Under the pieces are notes generated by a model. The model had not been told where the DNA came from and searched no databases. It saw nothing but the letters and a program-made list of their open reading frames with translations. A DNA stretch of 64,000 bases from Lobosporangium transversale (taxonomy: Eukaryota): contig NW_019028981.1 in the NCBI RefSeq assembly GCF_002105155.1, positions 1,364,001 through 1,428,000 on the forward strand, written 5' to 3'. Positions 10,919-24,130 of this stretch are shown one piece after another; within the stretch, counting starts at the first letter, position 1; every line of letters starts with the position of its first letter. Position numbers and translations under genes: made by a program.

Positions 10919-13439
10919 ATGGTGAAAAAGGCCCAATCGAAGACCACCTTTGACACACTACAGAACCCAGACCAAGTGTCTGGTACTACAGTCATTGTTC
11001 ATTCTTCATTCTCGCCCGAGGGTGGACATAGTTACTGCATTGTCACACCAGGTGCAGATCACTACCGTCTGCGAATCTTTGATACTACCACAGGAGCTAT
11101 CAAGAACAACTATGAGCAAAAAGAAGGAGACGGCAAGTGGACTTGTATCCGCTGGGGAAACATTACTGAGACTGGATCCAATGGAGTATGTCCTCCTTTT
11201 TTTTTTTTTTTTTTATGTGTGTGTAAGAGAGTGCGTGTGCGTGTGAGAGTGCGTGTGCATGTGTGTTTGTATTCTTGCATATGCACTAAAATAATGACCA
11301 TAGTTTGGTAGCTGGACTTTGATCAGGAGTTTTAATGGTGTAAAGAAGCTTGTCGTTTTGTATTCTATTTACTAATTTGGTATTGATGGGGTTCAATTGT
11401 TTTGTTTAGACTTCAAAGAAAAAGAGGAAATCATCTACTGGAGGCTCCCATAGCCCAGTCTTGGCTCTCGGTCATACAAACGGACATATTTCGATCTTCT
11501 CACTCGTACATGGTCGAGTTATCAAGGAGCTTTCTGGATCTCATACTGGCAAAGTCAATGATTTCTGTTTTTCAAAGAGTGGCAACCGTGGATTTTCAGC
11601 TGGCGAGGATGGTCTGGTGATCGAGTGGGATATTATGCAAGGCGTAGAGATGAGTAAGCTGAAGACAGAGGCCAAGTCCGTCAAGAAGATTCAGCTCAAC
11701 CATGAAGAGACCATGCTGTTGACAGCAGGACATAATATGAAACTCTGGGATCTTGAGACTCGTGAGACGATCAAGGACTTTACAGGACATGCCAGTGCGA
11801 TCACAAATGTTGTATTCTCTGCAAACGATAAGTTCTTGGCATCCACAGCCGAGCAGGACCGCTTCATTAATCTCTGGGATTGCACGCGCGATAACCAACA
11901 GGAGGGTAACATCACAGGTACATACAGTTTTTTTTTTCTTCTTTCTCATTGAGGAAATTTAATTCGATCTTTGGGATAGAATATTATCGAGTAACTTCAT
12001 TGAAATAACCGGAGTTTTTATTATTTTTTCTTTATGCTGCCTACTTTATAGCCTTGACCCTTGACAACACCGTCTCGCATATCGATATCTCGCCCAACAA
12101 TGCTGTTCTTGCCATTTCAGAAGAGGGTACAGCTGGTCTTTGGCAGAATGCACAGAGTGTAAGTGGTACCTCGAGTAGCAGCGCCAAGGCCAACAAGAAG
12201 AAGCGTTACACTACTCGTGCATGCGATTGTTCAATCAAGATCGAGTCATCTCGTGGGGACAGAGCCCTCATCCCCTTGCTTGCAGGAATCTTCACACCTC
12301 AAGGACAGATGATCCTCGCTCGTGGATCAACCATTAAGCCCGTATTCGAGAAGATTGATTTCCAGAATGAGGATGGCTCATTGAAAGAGAAGGAAATGCT
12401 TCTGACCCGTGCACCTGTCACTGGTTTCTTGTTGGACGAGGCAGCCCAGGCAGATAGTAATTTGAAAGCAACTAAGAAGGCATATGATGAGAGTGCAGTA
12501 ACAGTGGTTGGTGTAACAGATTTCGCATTGCCTACGGCAGGTATGGCAAATGCTGAGGATAGTGAAGGCGAAGATGGTGGAGACAAGGACTCTACTCAGA
12601 TGGAAGGACGTACCATGGAAGAGAAACTTCAGGATTTGGCAATGGACGAGTCAGCAAACAGTCTGACAGAAAAGAAATCAAAACAGTCTGCTAGCGGTAG
12701 TGCCAAGAACAAATATCCTACACCCAAAGCCAACTCTCTGCAACAGATGCTCATCCAGGCATTACATTCGAATGACTTGCAGCTCTTGGAGGCATGTCTG
12801 ACCTTCAATAATGTGGAGGTGATCAGGAACACAGTTCGTCGTCTTCCTACAGCTTATGTAGTCCCATTCTTAACCCAAGTCATCCACAAGTTCCAACAAA
12901 AGCCTAATCGTGGTGAAGCGCTTTTGGAGTGGATCAAAGCAGTATTGCTGATCCACACTGCATACCTGATGACAGTCCCAGACTTGATGAAGAAATTGTC
13001 CAACTTCTACCAGACCTTGGATTCACGCGTTTCTGTGTTCCAAAAGATGTTGAACCTTCATGGTCGCTTGGATCTGGTAATGAACCAGATTGAGATGAGG
13101 CAGCAATATGTAGCTGAGGATGTGACAAATGAAGCAGCAACGGTGTATGTGGAAGACGAGGATGATGAAGAGGGAGAAGATTTGGATCTTGATATGGATG
13201 ACGATGATGACGATGATGATCTTGTTGGTGAGGCAGATGCGTTTGATGAAGAGGAGGTAAGGATACTTGACTTTTTCCTTGTTTTCTGATTAGTTGTTAT
13301 CTGAAGATGTCGAATGTCTAATCCTAACTAATTATTTATTTGTTTAATATCATGATAGCTTGGAGAGACAGACGAAGAAGAACTTGAATCTGAAATGTCG
13401 GATGATGACGACGATGAAGTATCCGAAGACGAAGAATAA
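10919..13439 (+). CDS. UTP5: U3 snoRNP/SSU processome protein Utp5/WDR43, 4 exons
   Basis: N-terminal WD40 repeats, a Utp12-type domain SLQQMLIQALHSND.QLLE.CL..WIKAVL..H..YL..KML.L.GRLDL, and an acidic tail ending at TAA 13437-13439. Confidence 0.88.
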
Positions 13440-13690
13440 GATAACAAGATCCAGATACATCCTTTTCTTTTTTTTTTTTTAACTGAACATCCCATTTTTA
13501 GATAGAGAAATCCATTTCCCCTTACACAAAGGTCTTCCATCTCAAACCAACCAACCATACAAAGTTTAGCCATCTTTTTTCAAATCTCATCTCGCACTTG
13601 AATTTTTCACATGTAATAACCCCCCTCATTAAACCGAGCATATATTTTTTATTTTTATATCACCATTATCATTAACATACCCAAGGGCAT

Positions 13691-14000
13691 CATGCTCTAG
13701 TCATCATCAGAGTATTCATGTCTATCAGTTCTTTCATTGAGTTGATGTCCATGTTCAAAGTGGTGTTGATCTTGAGCGCTTCTAGCAGTGCAAGGGCACC
13801 TTCATTCCCGATTGAGTTGTACATCAAGTTCAAAGTAGTTAAAGTCGTATTAGACTTGAGCGCCTCTGACAGTTAGTTCCATAGCCCCTTCATCACCAAT
13901 TCGGTTACTTCCCAAGTCCACATTGGTTAAAGTTGTGTTGATCGCGAGTGCTTGGATATTCGTGAAGCTCAAAATTTTGAGCGAGGATAGTATGAGCATG
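13691..14000 (-). pseudogene. Frameshifted LRR gene fragment paralogous to 4274-6432
   Basis: Minus strand reads ALAINTTLTNVDLGSNRIGDEGAMEL, then a frameshift near 13873, then LSEALKSNTTLTTLNLMYNSIGNEGALALLEALKINTTL. Confidence 0.8.
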
Positions 14001-14627
14001 CTTTTGAAGGATAGCAAGTCTGTCGAGGGCTTGATCTTGCATTTTACTATCCTTCGCCTTGGACTAAAACTGCAGTTGAACCATCATGAGAACTGGATCT
14101 GGCCTGCCCTTGAGTTGATGAAATCTAAATGGGTAAATTTGCCCGTTCTACGATCCAAGAGGTATTTTATAGATCCGCAATACTTTGCTTTTTTTAAGCG
14201 GAAGTCGCGTATTGCTCGTATCGCAAAGGGGCCCGATCTCTTTCACACGTCTATCATTTCGCTATTATTCTGTCTAGTCAATTCAGTAGTTGCCTCTCTC
14301 TCTCTATTCTTTTTCTTTTCTTCTCTTCAGTTCTCTCTACCTCTAGTTGTCGTAGCAAAGATGGTGAGAGATCATCAACCGGGGGTAATAGCAGGCGGCG
14401 CTAGAATAATATCGCATAAATACATTACTTTATTGATAGGATACAAACATTCTGAATATACTGTATATATAACTTTCTCTCAACTGGGCTATCTCTCACC
14501 GTGGCTTCTGCAGCATCCATATCAAGTCCAAAAGCTTTCCTATCCTTTCCGTACTGTGAGATAGTTGCCTTTTCTGACACGAAAGCACTAGACTTTAAAA
14601 CCAATGTCAAGTTACAAAAGTTTACTT

Positions 14628-14637
14628 ATCACGTGAT
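14628..14637. promoter_or_regulatory. Palindromic E-box ATCACGTGAT upstream of CWC18
   Basis: Lies ~120 bp upstream of ATG 14760 and shares CACGTGATTAG with the site at 22127. Confidence 0.45.
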
Positions 14638-14759
14638 TAGAAACCACCGTGTGATGTAGTTTCAGATACAAATCTACAGATTTCTTTTTTCTTACAAGAT
14701 TTCCTCCTTGGAATACCATTTATTATATTTTTTATACACATAATCTAATCTTTCTCATC

Positions 14760-15784
14760 ATGGATGAAATAAGTCAAAAACGAAAGGAAAAGCTCGAGCA
14801 ACTCAGGAAGCGGAAATTGGCATCAACGGGGAATGGCGACAGTGATGTCAGGTACAGTTTGATTTAGTTTCTAGATCAAAAGGGCCTTATTCCGTGCAAC
14901 TATACATATATTACTTGAGGATAAACAGGACAGCTTTCTTTGCGAACTATATATATTTCTTGACGAGAAAAAAACTTGAAATGCATGGTCATATATAAGT
15001 ATCAACAACGACAACAACAACAACAACAACAACAACAAAAATCAAAATCAAAATCAATCCCGAAAATATCCTTGGAAATTTTTAACGTTCAATTGTCGCG
15101 TTCATCCAATACCTCAGAGTACCTATTGAGGCACTCCTTCCAACTTGATCAGGATCTTCATTTGAGGAGCCCTTTTCTATATACTAATCAATCAATCAAC
15201 AAACATCAACCATCAAACTGGAATATGAGTGTGCCTATGACTTACGAATGAGAAAAAAAAAAAGAAAAAAGAAAAAAGAAAAAAAGTCTAACTATTCCTT
15301 GTACTCTTTTCTCTATTTCTCTTTATTTTTTATTTGTTTGCTTCGCTGTGATCAATTGAATCATGCTAGCCTATCATTCCGTAACTACACGCCAAATAAT
15401 GAAGAGTTGAAGGCACCAGACTCCAAGATCTTCACACCAGCAGATATCAACGAAACAGTAGAGAAGAAGATGGAGGGTGTTGTTGAGAAGGTCATTCAGG
15501 AAGAAGAAGAAAAGCGTGCTAAAGACGTTGTATGTATTTATATATATTTGTATTTTTGGATGTGTATGTGTGTGTGTATGTGTTTATACCTCCGAGTTGA
15601 CTGACGAATCCTCTTTTTTTATTTCTTTTTCTTCCAGGATATTTTCACACTGGCACCCAAGACCCCCAATTGGGATTTGAAGCGTGATATTGAACCAAAG
15701 TTGCTCAAGCTAGAAAAAAGGACTCGGGCTGCAGTGATTGAATACATTCGGAAAGAACGACCTCACGACTTGAGCATGGCATAA
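14760..15784 (+). CDS. CWC18: Splicing factor Cwf18/CCDC12, 3 exons
   Basis: MDEISQKRKEKLEQLRKRK | LSFRNYTP | D.FTLAPKTPNWDLKRDIEPKL.KLEKRT..A. Introns 14852-15369 and ~15530-15638. Confidence 0.9.
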
Positions 15785-16276
15785 AAAAAAAAAAAGTCCT
15801 TTATTTCATTAAACATTTTTTTAATGGTAATTAGGCAGCCCTGTACAATATTAGAATTTCTTTATCTCCAGAATTAAAAAAAAAAAAAAAAAAAAAAAAA
15901 GCCAAAGTGGAATAGCCATCGATATCGTTTCCTACTTTTTTCAAAAGACCATTATTATAAAGAGTCAAGATATCGATATTATACAACATATTTTTTATTT
16001 TATTTCTTTATAGTCTATGGAAAAGTGAATGGGATCGTTATCTTTAAATATGCAAAGTAATTTATGACCCATTTCAAGTCCTTAACTCAGGGTTACTTGT
16101 TTAAATAAAATAAAGAACAACAGTAAAGTGAGTGAGTGTATGTATGTGTATGTGCATAATATCTTGAACAGATGTGAAATAATTACAAAGAAAACGAGAA
16201 AACGAGAAAACGAGAAAAGGAAAGAATAACTGAGAAAAGGAGATCGATTCTCTTCATCCAATTTTTTTTTTTTTAC

Positions 16277-17123
16277 TTACTTCAATTGCAAATTGAAGTT
16301 GTAGAGTCCAAGAGTTTCTGGGCTCTGAGTATCCTCAACCTTGTCCTTCTTTGCATCTGATCTCAAATCCTCCAAATGTTGGAGGTACGCGTCATCCACC
16401 TTGCCAGTGATATACTTGCCGTCGAACACAGATGCATCCCAGGACTTGATGCTAGGATTGAACTTTCGGCAGGATGCAATCAATCCCTCAATATTCTGGA
16501 AACAAAAAAAGAATTAAAGTACACAAGTAAGTAAATAAATAAACAACTCATCTTTCGAAACTCAATCTAGAATACATGATCTTCAATGCCGCCATTTTTT
16601 TTTTTAGCAGTGAACTGTATCCTTGTGTAGGTTACATGCACATACCTGGAAAATGACTCTGTCAACACCAAGAGCCTCAGCAATCTCGTCATCGTCCTTA
16701 TCGTGGGCAATAAGCTCCTTGGGAGTAGGCATGTCAATGCCATAGACATTGGGGTATCTGATGGCGGGTGCACAGGATGCAAGATAGACCTTCTTTGCTC
16801 CAGCATCACGAGCCATCTGCACAATCTCCTTGGATGTTGTGCCACGGACGATCGAGTCATCTACAATCAACACGTTCTTGCCCGCAAACTCCAATGCCAT
16901 TGCATTAAACTTCCGTCGAACCGTCTTCTTGCGCATTGCCTGACCAGGCATAATGAACGTGCGTCCAATGTACCGGTTCTTGATGAATCCTTCACGATAG
17001 GTGATATCCAACTTGTATGCTGTCTGAAGAGCAGCCACACGACTCGTATCGGGGACCTTGTAGTCATAATAAATAATAATATATATAAAAAACCTGATCC
17101 AACACCATGCCATAATAATAATT

Positions 17124-17154
<31 letters not shown>

Positions 17155-17596
17155 AAACTTACAGGAATGATCACATCGACATCGTGGTCGGGGCCAAGCT
17201 TCTTCAAGACCTGGTCCGCTAAAGCCTCACCCATGGCCAAGCGGCACTTGTAGACCGAGATCCCATCAATGATGGAATCAGGGCGAGAGAAGTAAACGTA
17301 TTCAAAAATGCAAGGGGAAAAGTTGGCATCTGGAACCAACTCACGACGGCTGACAAGGCCAGCCTTGTTAACAATGACAGCCTCGCCAGGTCTGAGATCC
17401 TCGAAATCCGTAAAGCTGCATCCATCACACACAACACTCTCTGAAGCAAACATGTAATCTGTACCCTTGGGTGACTGGCGTTTAGCAAAACCAATAGGAC
17501 GAATACCATGAGGATCACGGAAACCAATGATTCCGAATCCTTAAAAATAATAATAATAAAAAATAGAGAGAGATGGCGCAAGTCAGGAAACTTTGA

Positions 17597-17634
<38 letters not shown>

Positions 17635-18839
17635 CTACAAATGCAGTCACTTACCAGCAATCATGGCAACGCAGGCGTATCCTCCATGACAAACATCAAA
17701 GATACCTTTGATGGCAGTAAAGATATCTTCCTCATTGATACGGAACTTGCCAGTCTTTTGGAGATTGTTGGCAAAGATGTTGAGTAACAGCTCCGAGTCG
17801 GAATCGGTATTGATGTGACGATGCGCATCCTGGTCGAGAAAGGTACGAAGCTCATCCGCATTCACCAAGTTGCCGTTCTATTGGTTATTTAGTTGTCATT
17901 ATCCATATGATGAGTAAGAAACCATAGGAATGATGTTTAATAAAGGAAAAAAGGAAAAGAAAAAAGATTGGTTCAGTGAACGCCATAAAATAAAGTTTTT
18001 TCTTTTTCTTTTCTTTTTTTCCCATGGCAGAAATTCACTTTATAAAAAGTCCGATGATTCATGTGGTTACATACATGAGCAAAGACGATTCCATAGGGAC
18101 TGTTGACATAGAAGGGTTGGGCCTCTGACATTGATGATGATCCAGCAGTAGGATAGCGAACTAGCCACAGGAAATAATAAAATGTAAACAAAAATAAAAA
18201 AAATATTAGTCACTCTTCTCTCGTTCTCGTAACGTTGTTTGACATTCCCTTCCCCTTTTTTTAAAAAAAAATTGTGGGAAAACATGTACTGGGCGAAGGG
18301 TGAAACAACCAGTAACGAAATGATGAAGATGTCTTTGTGCGGACAGAACAACAGTATAACAGTATAACGGTATAACAACATAACAGCATAACAGCATAAT
18401 AGCATAATAGCATAATAGCATAATAGCATAATAGCATAACAGTATAACAGTATAATAAACAGTAACTCAGTAAGCAAGATTAAACATACCATGACCAACA
18501 CCCATGCTTCCAATAAGTTGCTCCAACTTGGGCTGATCAAAAACATCACGGACCATGCCATTGCCCTTGATCTGGTACAAACGACCCTTGTTTCCACAAG
18601 TAACAATACCAGCAGCATCCTACAATTGTGTGAAAAATATTTTTATGACAATCTCAATGTTAACAAAACAAACGAGTTTAAATAAATTACCCAACGCAAA
18701 TAAGCAATAAGACAGAGTAAAAGATTTTTTTTTTTCCACTTGCCTGACCACGATGTTGCAACATGCCAAGGCCCTCATGCAATTCAGGGCTGGCCATCAG
18801 GTTGTGATCAGCAAGGAGAAGAGCAGTGATTCCGCACAT
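16277..18839 (-). CDS. ADE4: Amidophosphoribosyltransferase, multi-exon
   Basis: MCGI start, [50 protein letters not shown]. Confidence 0.97.
18352..18458. repeat. Intronic 8-bp tandem repeat (CATAATAG/TATAACAG variants)
   Basis: About 13 degenerate units are directly visible in an ADE4 intron. Confidence 0.85.
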
Positions 18840-19394
18840 TGTTGTTTCCTTCTTTTTCTTTTTTTTTTTTTTTTCAGTTGAATGAAATTGGTGGCAAGAA
18901 GAGAGGAAGGGGATTATCGCTGTCACAAGAGAAAGGACAAAAGAATAATCCAAAGGGTAAAGGGAAGGCAAGAAGAAAGAATGAGAGTGAGGGTGAGAAA
19001 GAGCGGGCGGAGAAAGGGATGAGGAACAAGTTGTGCTGAGTAATGAGCGGAAGAAGAGCAAAGAGAAAAGCTGATCAGAGACTTCTTTCAAAAGAAAAAA
19101 TTTCTCCTTGCTTTATACTCTAATAACTCTACCCCGCAACTTCCTTTTTTGGATCCATTTATATAATCCTACACACATGTAACTTGATTGGATTGGACCT
19201 GCAGAAGCTTACAAGTTAAAACATTCACATCCACATTCATCATTAGCAGTTCGTACGTGTTATTCAAAACATCCTTTAGCACATAGCTTTAGTAACTTTG
19301 ACAAAAAAATATATTTCAAAAAAAAAAAAGTCCTAATGGTCATGGTTTCTCAAAAATATTCTAATATAAAAAAACCCCCTCCAGTTCATCCGAC

Positions 19395-21986
19395 TTAATC
19401 CTCATCCCAATGTTGCTGCTTCTTGGGTGCAACGGGTCCACCAGCAGCCTTGGACATGATCAGCTACAACAAGTACACAGGACAAATTATTACAACAACA
19501 TTAATAAATAAAAACTTTTAAAAAAAAACCTTCTCCTGGAATTAAAATCTCTAAATGACAAAGATAAGAGAATATATAATATCAACACATACCTGATCTA
19601 CACGGAGGACCGTAATCGCAGTCTCTGTTGCAAGGCGGATGGCATGTGACTTGGCTGCCAAAACATCATAGATCTTAGCGCCATGAGCATCAATAAGACC
19701 GTTGTTTTCGCTCTCAATATCAACACCCATCACACCTGAATCATCAGCATGGTGGGACGCATACAATTTGGAAATGATCTCTGTAGCATCAATGCCTGCA
19801 TTCTCTGCCAGGGTACGAGGAACAACCTCAAAAGCTTCAGCAAACTTCTTGATCGAATGCTGGTTCAAACCAGGGGTTTTCTATTTCATCCAGAAAATAT
19901 ATATATATTCCAGGGTTAGAAATCTCTTCTTGATCAGCCAAGTACAACGTGTTGAAAGCATTTTTTTTTTTTTTTTCCTCAATCAAGTACACACCTCTCC
20001 GACAGCCAGCAAACGCTTGAGCAACTCCATCTCCGATGCACCAGCTCCAGGAACAAGGCGAGGATCCTTCACAAGAGCCTTGATCACATTTACACCATCA
20101 TCCAAAGCACGCTCAACATCATCCAAGTGATTCTGGGTGGCACCACGGATAACAATGGTGGCAGTCTTTGTGATTTCCTCCTCCTGTCTGAATACCGTCA
20201 CACGATCTCCACCAATCTCAACACTCTCAACGATATCGCAGTATCCCATCTCTTCCGCCATTGGTGCACCTACTCGAGCCAATGCAGTGGCACCAGTAAC
20301 ACGGCACAATCTTCTCAGGTCAAATTTGGACAGGACTTTAACCACCATAATGCCGAATCTGTTGAGGTAATGAAGAGCAAGATCACCAACAGTGTTACCG
20401 GTAACAACCACCTTGACGCCAGCGTCAGCAATTGACTTCAACATGTTCTCCATCTGCTTTTCTTCGCCCTTTGTGAAATCAAGCATCTCATTGGCATTGT
20501 GAATCAAAACAGTTCCCTTAGTCTCAGTTTGTGCAATGTCCAGAGGGCATGTGAAAATAGCGATCTTGGCCTTCTTTGCATTTGTAATAACACCTAGAAC
20601 ATTATGAGAATTCAATTTTTTTTTTTTTTAAGAATTTGTGTTGATAATAAATAGTTTGACATATACACAGTGTCAACAATATCGAAACTAGATTTTTTTT
20701 TCTTTTACCTTCAGGGGAACGACCAAAGACCATTCCTTTGACGACTCGGCTCTCATAAAGACTGCTACCCATGATCTTGACGATGCGAATGCTATCGACG
20801 TTAAAGTTGGCAGCCTCCTTTGGCATGACAGCAAGAGCAGCATCGCAAACAAGCTCTGTCAGCATATCCTCGTTTCCGTACTGCTTGGAAGCAATGGCAG
20901 TGTGAACAGCTTTAATGAGATCCTCCTTGGAGTGCAACTTCTTGACCTCGTCAACCGATAATTCTGATGATAACGAGATGATAACGAGATGAACACAAGG
21001 AAAAAGATCAGGTTAATCATAATCATTTAAATGCTTGAAATAGAAAACATAAAGGCTTTTTGAGTTGGACATGACAAACCTTCGAGGATCTCCAAAGCTT
21101 TATGTAAAGCAACTTCATATCCTTGGACAATATCACTGGGATGAAGACCCATACGAAGCAAGCTTTCAGCCTTCTGCAAGAGCTCTCCTGCAATAATGCT
21201 AACCAAGTTGGAATTATCACCCATCTAATTCATTGAATTGAAATATACATTGAAAGAAAAAGAAAAGAAAAAGAAAAGAGTACTGCGAGTTTGAGCGAAT
21301 TTCATCCAAGGCACTCTGGATATTTGTTTGAAAGAAAAAGAAAATAAAGAGTTCTAAAAATATCAGTCACTATAAAACTTATAAAGCTCTACCTCAGCTT
21401 CTTGTTGCTGTGAGGCCATGACCAGGAGTTTGGCTGCAGGGTGGACGACTTCAAGCTCACGGACAATAGTGGCAGCATCATTAGTTACAAACAACTTTTC
21501 CATGTGGTTGATAATGATCTTGTTGCGACCTGCGTCATTAAAAGGAAAATATATAAACTGGTGAATTAACAGATCTACTTTGATCCACTGTGTCGTTTTT
21601 CCCTTGCGGATATTAAGCGTCAATGTAGTCGTGCCAGACTTTTTTTTTTGTGTCGCTTTGATTCATACCATTAGGACCAAAGGAAGTACGCGTGATTTCG
21701 GACAAATCGTGGACAGCTGCAATGTTACGAAGGACAGCTTCATCAACACCTTGCAGGTGCTATTAAAGAGACGCGATACATGAAATGTGGTTGTGAGATG
21801 GTCATCATTGTCATATTTGTCAATTATGGTGCCGCAGGTAAAAACTGAAAAGTCATAGTAGATCAGATTTGATAGCTGGGAGCGTGTCGTTTCATAACGA
21901 AGTAGATCTGTGGATGAGTGGAACACTATTGATACCTTGTAGCCATCCTTGAGCATTTGAGTTCCCTTGGGGATTCTGAGAGCCAT
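19395..21986 (-). CDS. CCT8: T-complex protein 1 subunit theta, multi-exon
   Basis: MALRIPK..QMLKDGYK, TSFGPNG|RNKIIINHMEKLFVTNDAAT, SKFDLRRLCR, C-terminal IMSKAAGGP..WDED. Confidence 0.96.
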
Positions 21987-22123
21987 GATGTCAAGAAGAG
22001 TGTTGAGTAGATGGCGATGGAGGCAAGGGAATTTGAGAGTAGAAAAAAAGGAAAAAGTAATTTAATCGTCTTTGCTTGAATCCCTCGTACACATCTGTCT
22101 AATGCTTCCTCAAGCTTCTTTAT

Positions 22124-22135
22124 GTGCACGTGATT
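22124..22135. promoter_or_regulatory. Extended E-box GTGCACGTGATT in the 233-bp CCT8/SEC13 bidirectional promoter
   Basis: Identical (inverted) to 10649-10660. Confidence 0.5.
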
Positions 22136-22219
22136 AGATCAGTTAGAAGAACCCAACTGGCCCTTTCATCAGAAACTTTTCATTTCCTATTTTTTTCAAC
22201 TCCATAATCGCCAGTAACC

Positions 22220-23555
22220 ATGGTAAGATTACAGGACCTGGAGAAAAAGAAAGAATAGTCTAAGGACTAAATCAGAGGCTACATCCTTAATACTATTTGC
22301 TTGAACTATATACGTTAACATCTCATTCTCTCGTACTGAAGGTCTCGACAGATGATTTTAAGGAAAAAGGGAAAAAGTTAAAGAGCAATTGACATGGATA
22401 GTTGGATAGTTTATATATACCCATCGTTCATATCAAGGATTTTCTCAAACGGAATGAAGACGCTCTGGCTAGCTGTAGTTGGGGAATGCTTTGAAAGAAT
22501 ATCTTTAGATGGCAACCTCGGTCACTCTTTCTCACTTCAGGTCGCGTAAATATAATGACTAAACGCCAGATCAATTTTGTGATATGTATCATGTATAAAC
22601 TAGGCTGCCGCACAAAACACGCTGGAAACCCAGCATGAAGATATGATTGTAAGAATAAAGACTAGGCTTTCTTTTTATGTTTGCTTTGTATGATCTTGGC
22701 TCTCCAAATACCGGCAACTAAATATTACTATATCTGTTTATAATTTGGCAATAACAATTTGACCCTTAGCATGATGCTCAATACGATTACTATGGTATGC
22801 TTGAATATTTCGTAGCATAGTATTTTATTCAGTTTGCTATGATGTGTAGGTACGATGACTAAACACAATGCTTATGGACGTATGATATCTATTAGGCAAG
22901 CGCTTGGCTACTTGCTCTTCAGATCGCTCTATCCGCATCTTTGATGTTGATGGTGAAAACCATCGCTTGGTAGACACACTAAGAGGGTATGCTAACTAAG
23001 GAGTCAGAAATCATGAAGCATGGCATCGAATTTACATTATACATACCGGGATCCCTATTCTAATTTTCATTCTCTTATTTGTAGACATGAAGGGCCAGTT
23101 TGGCAAATCTCATGGGCACATCCTAAATTTGGATGTATTCTTGCCTCTTGTTCTTATGATGGCAAGGTCTTTGTTTGGAGAGAACAGAACGGCCAATGGT
23201 CACGCATTAAGGAGCACACTTCCCATACTGCTTCAGGTATGGCAAGACCAATGTATTGAGTTAATATTATCATTATCATTTTAAAAGCACTCATCAAGTA
23301 GGTGATTAACATTATATGCGGTGCACATGTTATTCAATTTGGATATGGATTAATAGTGAACTCTGTTGCTTGGGCTCCCCATGAGCTTGGACCAATCCTG
23401 GCCTGTGCTTCATCGGATGGCCGTGTATCAATCCTGTCTTTCAAAGGTAAGCCGATAAGTAAGGATTCAGGAGCAATTGTCCATGTCTATTTATACCATC
23501 TGGAACTTTTACTAGTTTTACTAATACCTTTCTTTGTATATTTTCTCTTGAATGC

Positions 23556-23596
<41 letters not shown>

Positions 23597-24130
23597 GATG
23601 ACGGATCATGGGACACCGATATGCTGGACGCACATGCAATTGGATGCAACTCTGTAGGCTGGGCGCCTTCAACTGTACCAGGATCGTTGACATCGCAAGG
23701 ACCCAATAATGGGAAAGCGCCAGTAGCAAAGCGCTTCTGCTCAGGAGGCTGCGACAACTTGGTCAAGATCTGGGTATATAGGGAGGATGCCAAGACTTGG
23801 AAGGAAGAAGAAATCTTGGAAGGACACACGGACTGGGTCCGTGATGTTGCCTGGGCACCCAGTATTGGTGTGCCTAAGAGCTACCTCGCCAGCTGTTCAC
23901 AGGACAAGACTGTGCTCATCTGGACACAAGATACCCCGACATCACCTTGGCAGAAAAAGGCCCTCCGCAATGAGAAGTTTGCAGATGTGGTTTGGCGTGT
24001 GAGCTGGTCACTGAGCGGGAATATCCTTGCGGTTTCATGTGGCGATAACAAGGTTACGCTATGGAAAGAAAACTTGAGTGGCGAATGGGAGTGTGTTTCT
24101 GAAATGGAGGAGAAGAACCTCGGTAACTGA
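22220..24130 (+). CDS. SEC13: COPII/nucleoporin WD40 protein Sec13, multi-exon with an ATG-only first coding exon
   Basis: ATG|GTAAG at 22220, then exons [15 protein letters not shown] | HDAQYDYYG | [53 protein letters not shown]. Confidence 0.95.

Noticed and set aside
13923..14564. 213-aa + strand ORF
   Set aside because: It starts antisense to the LRR relic, has no recognisable motif and runs through pyrimidine-rich non-coding sequence; probably spurious.
22223..22603. Possible snoRNA in the 380-nt SEC13 first intron
   Set aside because: No convincing paired C/D boxes with a terminal stem or H/ACA layout could be identified by eye.
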